Source: an uncultured Caulobacterales bacterium (lineage in GTDB: Bacteria > Pseudomonadota > Alphaproteobacteria > Caulobacterales > Maricaulaceae). From it: a stretch of 64,000 nucleotides of DNA. A model generated the notes under the pieces. The model had not been told where the DNA came from, made no database searches, and saw only the letters and a program-made list of their open reading frames with translations. This document shows, piece after piece, positions 57,430 through 64,000 of the stretch. The position numbers and the translations under genes are program-made. The DNA lies in the NCBI GenBank assembly GCA_964654665.1, contig CAZZKV010000002.1, positions 75,119 to 139,118 on the forward strand. Direction: 5' to 3'. Positions within the stretch are counted from its first letter, which is position 1; each line of letters starts with the position of its first letter.

Positions 57430-58482
57430 TCAAGCCAGGCCCGCCTCTTGGAGAAGCAATATACCCTCTGCCACAGACAAAGCCGGTTCTTTTGAACTAT
57501 CATAAACACGATCAACTAACGTGCCTTTACGGGAATATTCCGAATAATCAAACAAGCCATGATAAGGGTCTTCAATAGGCAAGACGACAAAGAAATTCTC
57601 GATTTCATATGTGCGAACAGCCTCTTCTTCTGTTGTCAATTCCTCATAAAGTTTTTCCCCAGGACGCAACCCAATAACATCTATGCTTATATCATTTGGC
57701 TTACGGCCCGATTTTTCGGCAAAACTGCTAATCATCATTTGAGCAAATTCAGCAATATTAAAAATTGGCATTTTTGTAACAAAAATCTCACCGCCTTCAA
57801 AAATAGCTAAAGATTCCAAAACGTGAACCGCTGCCTCTGTCTCAGTCATCATGAAACGGGTCATATCCTTATCCGTTAGGGTGATATTTTTCCCGTCCAT
57901 TATTTGTTTGTGAAAAATTGGATAAACAGATCCACGTGATCCTAATACATTACCAAACCGTGTGCTTGCAAAAACGGTTCCGCCATCGCCGCGGTGCAAA
58001 TTGGCGGCTGTAATACACCGCTCGCCTACTAATTTTGTCATACCCATAAAATTTGTCGGGTTTACGGCTTTATCAGAACTGGTGAATAAAACTTTTTTAA
58101 CATGAGCTGCTGTAGACGCATTAATGACAGATTGTGTGCCCATAACATTATTACGAATAGCGGATTGAGGCTCAAGCTCACACAGCGGAACATGTTTAAA
58201 AGCTGCAGCATGAATTACATAATCCACACCTCTAAACGCGCGCGTGAGGCCTGCTTCATCCGTAATATCCATTAATACTGCTTTCGTACGGCCATCCGCG
58301 CGATATTGAATATTCTGTTCGTACAAACCGGATTCATTATTGTCGACAAGCAAGATAGAACTGACTGGCGTTTTTAGCAATTCCGCCACCAAAGTTTGCC
58401 CCACTGACCCCACTGACCCAGTGATCGCAACTGTCTTCTTATCAAAAAATAAATCTAAATCCACAAGAACCCCCTCTACCAA
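57430..58482 (-). CDS. polysaccharide biosynthesis nucleotide-sugar 4,6-dehydratase/epimerase (CapD/PseB-like)
   Basis: KTVAITGSVGSVGQ Rossmann motif, VIHAAAFKHVPLCE, MGMTKLVGE. The start codon is uncertain (TTG 58482 or GTG 58464). Confidence 0.8.
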   Translation of the reverse strand: MVEGVLVDLDLFFDKKTVAITGSVGSVGQTLVAELLKTPVSSILLVDNNESGLYEQNIQYRADGRTKAVLMDITDEAGLTRAFRGVDYVIHAAAFKHVPLCELEPQSAIRNNVMGTQSVINASTAAHVKKVLFTSSDKAVNPTNFMGMTKLVGERCITAANLHRGDGGTVFASTRFGNVLGSRGSVYPIFHKQIMDGKNITLTDKDMTRFMMTETEAAVHVLESLAIFEGGEIFVTKMPIFNIAEFAQMMISSFAEKSGRKPNDISIDVIGLRPGEKLYEELTTEEEAVRTYEIENFFVVLPIEDPYHGLFDYSEYSRKGTLVDRVYDSSKEPALSVAEGILLLQEAGLA

Positions 58483-58568
58483 TTTGGCGCTCTTGCCAAA
58501 ATTAGCACTCTAAAGCAAGGGCTTAATACTGTTAAAACACAAAGTGGCTACAGTCATAGATGTGCTTA

Positions 58569-59486
58569 TTACCGTAATGAGACACGGTCTTGAAATAATG
58601 GCCCCTCTCGCTTGAGAAATGTTTGAAAAGATCGCGCGAAAGGCGTCTGATACCGTCCTTTACGAATTCCAAAGGATGTTTGTAAATTTGGTGCTTCGGG
58701 TAATTTCCTAAAAATCAGATGCTGATCGCGTGTATGATCAATACTCATGCTCCCAATAATACCAATACCCTGCTCTAAAGAGACAAGTTTTTTAATCAAT
58801 GATGCATCTGGCGTTTCCAATAAAACATTCATCTTAACGCCCGCTGTAGCAAAAAGATTATCCAGTATCTTACGGCCTGTTATTCCGTGAATATAAGTCA
58901 ATAACGGATATTGACCCAAGGCTTCCAAAGTCAAAGGCGCCGAAGCCAAAGGGTGGTCTGGGGGCATACAAGCATAATGGTTCCATACATAACATGGCTG
59001 ACTAATAATCTCAGGGCGTTCGGTAATAGCCTCGGTACAAATCGCAATATCAATGTCTCCGCGCGAAAGTCTGTCCAATATGTCAACAGGCAGACCTTCT
59101 GTTAGGCGAATGCGTACTTTACCCCAAATTGTACGATAACGCTGCATAACTTGCGGCAAGAAAAACTGGGCTTGGGCTGGCGTTGCCCCGATAGAGACTG
59201 TCTGCCCTTCTTGGATAGATTGTTCCTGCCGTAGGCGCGTTAGATTGGACAAAGCGTTCTCAACAGACTGAAAATCCGCCATAAGCCGTGTGCAAAAAGG
59301 CGTTAATCCTGTCAATCGCTTCCCGTTGCGCTTAATTAAAGGTTGTCCAAAGCTCTCTTCAACCTCTTTCAGGATACGGCTCGCAGAGGGTTGTGAGAGC
59401 CCAAGCGCCTTTGCAGCATGGCTTAAATTATAATTTTTTCGCTCTAATGCCGTGATTAAAAGGATATGTGGAAGATTTATATTCAT
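58569..59486 (-). CDS. LysR-family transcriptional regulator (CysB/Cbl-like by context)
   Basis: N-terminal HTH NLSHAAKALGLSQPSASRILKEVEESFGQPL plus a LysR substrate-binding domain. Divergent from cysH. Confidence 0.8.
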   Translation of the reverse strand: MNINLPHILLITALERKNYNLSHAAKALGLSQPSASRILKEVEESFGQPLIKRNGKRLTGLTPFCTRLMADFQSVENALSNLTRLRQEQSIQEGQTVSIGATPAQAQFFLPQVMQRYRTIWGKVRIRLTEGLPVDILDRLSRGDIDIAICTEAITERPEIISQPCYVWNHYACMPPDHPLASAPLTLEALGQYPLLTYIHGITGRKILDNLFATAGVKMNVLLETPDASLIKKLVSLEQGIGIIGSMSIDHTRDQHLIFRKLPEAPNLQTSFGIRKGRYQTPFARSFQTFLKREGPLFQDRVSLR

Positions 59487-59600
59487 AAAACGAATATTAT
59501 ATACAGTTTTATAATTTTATCAAATAAGAAATATATGCTTTACACGGGTTTAACGGGCGCAACCGTTACGTGGGATAACGGTAGGGAAAGGATTTACAAC

Positions 59601-60380
59601 ATGTCGGAAACACACGCGCGTGCCGCTTTGCCGGTAAGCGAACTCACTCGGTTATATAAAACACAATCATTAGAAGATCGTATTATATCCGCAAGACAGG
59701 CTTTTGATGGACGTATTGTCTTTACAACATCACTCGGACTCGAAGACCAGATCATTACACATGCTATAGTGAAAACAGGTGTGGACATTGATATAGTCAC
59801 CCTTGATACGGGCCGTCTCTTTCCCGAAACTTATGACGTATGGTCTCGCACTGAAAAACAATATGGCATAAAAATCCAAGCTTTTACACCGCAAGCCGAA
59901 GCCTTGCAAACATACACATCTGAAAATGGCATCAATGGGTTTTATGATAGCTTTCCTAAGCGCAAATCCTGTTGTCATATCCGCAAAATAGAGCCTTTGG
60001 GCCGCGCCTTGGCCGGTGCAAATTGCTGGGTTGCAGGCGTACGGGCCGAACAGACGGCCAATCGCGCTGATATGCTCTATGTTGATTTCGATGCAAAATT
60101 CGAGCTTGAAAAAGTCCGACCTCTATTGGATTGGACATCCGAAGATGTCCGAAATTACGCCAATAGACATGCTGTTCCGCTCAATGTGCTCCATGATAAG
60201 GGCATGCCTTCAATAGGATGCCAACCCTGTACCCGCGCCATTTCTCCGGGTGAAGATGAGCGTGCCGGTCGATGGTGGTGGGAACAAGATAACGGACAAG
60301 AATGCGGATTGCATATTGGTCCTGATGGCAAATTGACACGAACCCAAGCGAAACCGGGCAATCCGGCAAATATGAGCTAG
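59601..60380 (+). CDS. cysH: assimilatory adenylyl-sulfate (APS)/PAPS reductase, Fe-S type
   Basis: PAPS_reduct fold (FTTSLGLEDQ). Cys pairs SCCHIRK and GCQPCT are typical of APS reductases. C-terminal ECGLH. GGGAAAGGA SD before ATG 59601. Confidence 0.88.
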   Translation: MSETHARAALPVSELTRLYKTQSLEDRIISARQAFDGRIVFTTSLGLEDQIITHAIVKTGVDIDIVTLDTGRLFPETYDVWSRTEKQYGIKIQAFTPQAEALQTYTSENGINGFYDSFPKRKSCCHIRKIEPLGRALAGANCWVAGVRAEQTANRADMLYVDFDAKFELEKVRPLLDWTSEDVRNYANRHAVPLNVLHDKGMPSIGCQPCTRAISPGEDERAGRWWWEQDNGQECGLHIGPDGKLTRTQAKPGNPANMS

Positions 60381-60474
60381 CACACTGTATTTTATAAACA
60401 GGTGTATCATTTTCATAAAACGCCGCTATTCTCTCTAAAACTATTGATTATAATCAGTTCAAACAGGAGAAACC

Positions 60475-62574
60475 GTGGGACAGACTGTCATTCTATTGCC
60501 GGCTGCCCTGTGCATACCTGACATTTCCGAAGCGGCAGAGTTTTGCTTACAAATCGCTGCTAATCATACGTCGGATGCCGATATTATTATCTTGGGCGGC
60601 GCGTTAACTTCAGAAAAAATAATGGCCTTAACAGCCAGCTTTTCCGCTTTTTTCAAAGATAATAGGCATATCACGGTGACACACCACACGCTTGATACGC
60701 TATTATGGCCGGACTCCGCTGCCAATAACGCTCTTTTGGAACCCGCTCTAACAGCCTATGATGCTCTACGCCACCGGGATACGGACGTCTTAACACTCTT
60801 TAGCCCGCTGAGTTATGCCGCCAGTTATTTTATATTACATGCACAAAAGGGGGGATTGGGATTTCAAAATATTCAGACGCACCAGACCGTCTATAGCCCT
60901 ATATCTTTGCAACGCCCCGGGCAATTGTGCCTGCCCACAGAATTGTCTGATGTTGTTGATAGTGCGATCGAAATCTGGACAGCAAACCACGCGGATAAAA
61001 TCTATATAACCCATGACAGTTTGCGGACAGAAATTATCAAGCGCCTGAACATCTGCTCCAAAAAAATCCAGTCACCTCATCATATTATAAGCTGTGCACC
61101 GCTGGACAATCTACGATCCCGTCACTTGATTTTTTGCGGAAGCGCTAATCCGTTCTATGGTTTTGATGCATTTTGTGACCTTGTGGAAACCCGCGCAAAA
61201 AAATCGCAAATCAAACGGGCTACAATTATAATTGACACGCATGACCCGCTCGATTTGTTAAGCGCCGCAAAGACGCGGCTTGCAAAATTACCGATAGATA
61301 TTGACTGGAAAACCCGGGGCCAATGCAATATCTCTCATCTGGGTCCTGGCGTAATCATTGCACCCATGCGGGCACCTTGCTGTCCATTATCTTTACTCGA
61401 ACGCACAGAAAGCCGCCATGCCGCAATTTGGGGCACAGGATTTGCGCTTAGCAATCACGCTGTGGAACATTCAGGCCACATTACACAATCTGTTTCCGAT
61501 ATACGGAAAATTGAAACACTTTTGGACGGGCAGCTTCATCTTAAAAAACAGACCGTAAAAACCGTGAAATCCAAGCTGGCACCAGCCGCCAAGCCGCGGC
61601 CTAAGCCCAGCGTAAGCGTTATTTTAACCCACCGAGATCGCCCTGAATTTGTTATCCGCACGCTTGGTTCACTGCGCGACCAAACCCTCAAATCTTTTGA
61701 ATTGATTGTCGTTGATGACGGCTCAGCCCCAGATAATCAACAAATACTCCAACAAGCCGTTAATGAGAGCGGGTTAAAACATACGGCTGTTCATTTCATT
61801 GATAATAGTTATCCGGCTTACGCGCGCAATTATGGAGCTAGGCAAGCATCGGGCGAAGCGCTTTTTTTCATTGACGATGATAATATTATTGCGCCGGAAA
61901 CACTGGCAGCCTTTCAGCAAGCCATGACCCGCTCTGATGTCGTTTTATCCTTTTTTCAAACCTTTCGCAGTGAAACCGAACTCGACAACACCAAGAGTCC
62001 CTCGCCCAATAGGCCGAAACACAGCAATCCGGCCTATGCATTTGCTGGCGCGCATAGCGGCATCGGCCTTTTCCATAACCTGTGCGGAAATAGCAGCCTA
62101 ATGGTCCGGCGGAGTGTCTTTGAACGCCTCGGGGGGTTTACAGAACACTTCGGCATTGGGTTGGAAGATTATGGGTTTGTCTTGCGCTGCGCGGCTGAAG
62201 ATTTCGTTGTACTACCCGAACCCTATTTACATTTTCGAGATCATATGAAGAAAATTCGTCTTACACATGTCGACTGGAGAGCCAATGCCCGGCTGCAAGC
62301 GGGTCATTGGCGTATTATGGATGAACTTGGTAATATTCCCATTCCCACAATTGCGATAGCCTATGCTCGCCAGCTTCATGAAATGACACAATATCAATAT
62401 GTCCCGCTTCGCCGTCCTGATTTTTTTCGGCTGCACTCTGTTTTAATCCATCAGTATATTCGGCCATTTCTGGCGCGCAGAATCGCTCTGCGACGCGGGC
62501 TTAATCGCTGGGCAGCCTCTCAGGGACCGCTTTATAAATTACTCGCAGGCTGGCTTTTCCCTAATCGGCGTTAA
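60475..62574 (+). CDS. two-domain glycosyltransferase (unknown N-terminal domain of about 370 aa plus C-terminal GT2 domain)
   Basis: GTG start with AGGAGA SD. GT2 signature is VSVILTHRDRPEFVIRTLGSLRDQTLKSFELIVVDDGS...FIDDDN. Confidence 0.8.
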   Translation: MGQTVILLPAALCIPDISEAAEFCLQIAANHTSDADIIILGGALTSEKIMALTASFSAFFKDNRHITVTHHTLDTLLWPDSAANNALLEPALTAYDALRHRDTDVLTLFSPLSYAASYFILHAQKGGLGFQNIQTHQTVYSPISLQRPGQLCLPTELSDVVDSAIEIWTANHADKIYITHDSLRTEIIKRLNICSKKIQSPHHIISCAPLDNLRSRHLIFCGSANPFYGFDAFCDLVETRAKKSQIKRATIIIDTHDPLDLLSAAKTRLAKLPIDIDWKTRGQCNISHLGPGVIIAPMRAPCCPLSLLERTESRHAAIWGTGFALSNHAVEHSGHITQSVSDIRKIETLLDGQLHLKKQTVKTVKSKLAPAAKPRPKPSVSVILTHRDRPEFVIRTLGSLRDQTLKSFELIVVDDGSAPDNQQILQQAVNESGLKHTAVHFIDNSYPAYARNYGARQASGEALFFIDDDNIIAPETLAAFQQAMTRSDVVLSFFQTFRSETELDNTKSPSPNRPKHSNPAYAFAGAHSGIGLFHNLCGNSSLMVRRSVFERLGGFTEHFGIGLEDYGFVLRCAAEDFVVLPEPYLHFRDHMKKIRLTHVDWRANARLQAGHWRIMDELGNIPIPTIAIAYARQLHEMTQYQYVPLRRPDFFRLHSVLIHQYIRPFLARRIALRRGLNRWAASQGPLYKLLAGWLFPNRR

Positions 62575-63223
62575 ACAAAATACGCCCGCTATCGCGTACA
62601 AGCAACGCAGCGCTTCGCAGAATAATGATCGCAACAAAAATAGACAACAATGGATCAACCGGCGTCCAAGCCGTCGTCAAAATAACCAAAGCCGCAACAA
62701 TCGCAGCGGCCGACCCTAACATATCACCCAAAACATGCATCGCCGCGCCGCGCATATTCAGACTATCCTGCGACCCACCGCTTAAAATCTTAAAAACAAT
62801 AATATTCACAAACAAACCCGCAATCGCAACCCACAGCATTGGTCCGGCTAAAATATCTTCTGGTCCAGAAAACCGCTGGAAAGCCTCATAGACAATCCAT
62901 GCTGCAACCCCAAAAAGCGTCAGTCCATTAACGAAAGCCGCCCATGTTGGTAGCTGTGCAAACCGCCCAGACAGTAATAGAGCAACCCACGCCAAAGTGA
63001 GTGCGGCAAAATCAGTGAGCATATGGCCCGCATCAGCTAGTAAAGCCAATGAACCCGAAAAGAGCCCACCAATGACTTCAACGCCCATAAATAATCCCGT
63101 CAAAACAGCTGCAATTGCTAAGCGTCGACTGTTTTGCGTTATACCCGAGGGACAATTATTATGCCCATGACCACATTGAGTCTCAGATATTGGCTTATGG
63201 GTATGATCTATAGGACCGCTCAT
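62561..63223 (-). CDS. cation diffusion facilitator (CzcD/ZitB-like) lacking the cytoplasmic C-terminal domain
   Basis: His/Cys-rich N-terminus (HTHKPISETQCGHGHNNC). TM2 and TM5 metal-site motifs are LLADAGHMLTD and HVLGDMLGS. The protein ends right after TM6 (220 aa). Confidence 0.75.
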   Translation of the reverse strand: MSGPIDHTHKPISETQCGHGHNNCPSGITQNSRRLAIAAVLTGLFMGVEVIGGLFSGSLALLADAGHMLTDFAALTLAWVALLLSGRFAQLPTWAAFVNGLTLFGVAAWIVYEAFQRFSGPEDILAGPMLWVAIAGLFVNIIVFKILSGGSQDSLNMRGAAMHVLGDMLGSAAAIVAALVILTTAWTPVDPLLSIFVAIIILRSAALLVRDSGRILFNAD

Positions 63224-63350
63224 ATATAGATTATGCCGTGAATACTTCCTACTGAACAGGGCAAAATTACAATCCTCTTAAGGCGTTTTTCATCAAATTT
63301 TGCTATCTGTATCACAGGAAATACGCCGAAGGATATTTATTGTGAACCCG

Positions 63351-64000
63351 ATGATAGAAATATCAATAAAAGCTTGGGCGGATCTCACAGACCAAGACCG
63401 TATAGCGTGGACCGCTTTACGCACACAAAATACGCATCTTTACAGCCCTTATTTTGATATCGCTTATAGTGACTTGATAGATAAACTTTGCGGGGATGTC
63501 CGCGTTATTCATGTTGCTAAAAAAGGTTTAGCCATTGGGTTTTTACCCTTTCAAGGCAGTGTAAATTTCGCGCGGCCTGTCGGCGCGCCCATGACCGATT
63601 ATCACGGATTTATATGTTCAGCTCAACCAGAGTTTTTGGCTAAAGAGGCCTTGCAAACCGCGGGTATCGGCACCTTTCATTTTGGTGGATTAATTGATCC
63701 GGCGAACGCGATAAAGGGCCCGATGCAAACGACCATGGACTGCACAATGATGGATATAAGCGCCACAGCCGAGCAATGGCGTATGCTGCGCGACGGGAGT
63801 TATCGCCGAAGCTTGAAAAGCCTAAGACGACGTATCCGTAAATCCGAAGAAGAATTTGGCACACCTCGCACCATTTTATGTAGTCATGACCTTGATGTTT
63901 TTAATACTCTCATCCAATGGAAACGCCAGAAATTTCGCGAAACTGGAAAATATGATGTCCTATCTGTAGATTGGACATTCAATTTAATTAAAACATTATG
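63351..64000 (+). CDS. CelD/BioF2-like GNAT acetyltransferase family protein, N-terminal part (runs off the right edge)
   Basis: Open frame from ATG 63351 (or GTG 63342) to the window end: MIEISIKAWADLTDQDRIAWTALRTQNTHLYSPYFDIAY...YRRSLKSLRRRIRKSEEEFG. It is absent from the track because there is no stop. Confidence 0.6.
   Translation, partial: MIEISIKAWADLTDQDRIAWTALRTQNTHLYSPYFDIAYSDLIDKLCGDVRVIHVAKKGLAIGFLPFQGSVNFARPVGAPMTDYHGFICSAQPEFLAKEALQTAGIGTFHFGGLIDPANAIKGPMQTTMDCTMMDISATAEQWRMLRDGSYRRSLKSLRRRIRKSEEEFGTPRTILCSHDLDVFNTLIQWKRQKFRETGKYDVLSVDWTFNLIKTL

Noticed and set aside
63640-63864. 74-aa - strand ORF
   Set aside because: It is antisense to the open CelD-like reading frame that runs to the window end, and it has no start context.

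Overview
This 64 kb window looks like ordinary bacterial chromosome. It is moderately AT-rich. The gene content (extensin-like domain protein, DUF2793, ExoD, CelD-like GNAT, PodJ-like polar-protein architecture) suggests an alphaproteobacterium, but that is inference only. I found no rRNA, tRNA, CRISPR array, transposase or integrase.

Main blocks, left to right:
1. A psp envelope-stress locus: pspF divergent from pspA-pspB-pspC, plus flanking small and exported ORFs.
2. A translationally coupled five-gene redox/hydrolase operon (Fe-ADH, hotdog thioesterase, HD-domain protein, alpha/beta-hydrolase, SDR) that converges on an acyl-CoA synthetase.
3. A complete but rearranged type II secretion system (gspJKLMCD plus an I-like pseudopilin, gspE, and divergent gspFGH). 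Two almost identical tandem genes for an unrecognised secreted protein are inserted inside it.
4. Glycan genes (GT2, rmlA, exoD).
5. A Pseudomonas-type class II PHA cluster (phaC-phaZ-phaF-like-phaD plus a second phasin).
6. An EEP nuclease/phosphatase and gyrB.
7. Two large coiled-coil proteins. One has the layout cytoplasmic coiled coil, TM, peptidoglycan-binding domain, TonB-C domain.
8. A tandem aroQ pair, membrane proteins, a CRTAC1-like protein and an OMP.
9. A TonB-dependent receptor with blaI and a blaR1(M56)::M23 fusion.
10. rlmN and a DUF350 / S1 protease / extensin-like trio.
11. A DUF2793 protein next to sqdB, a capD-like gene, a cysB-like LysR regulator, cysH and a 699-aa glycosyltransferase.
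12. A short CDF transporter and a partial CelD-like gene.

The most noteworthy items are the duplicated putative T2SS cargo genes, the apparent c-di-GMP (MshEN) motif in GspE, the sulfite-linked sqdB/cysH glycan locus, the atypical psp regulatory region, and the M56::M23 fusion with paired operator palindromes. No single obviously novel multi-gene system stands out beyond these.
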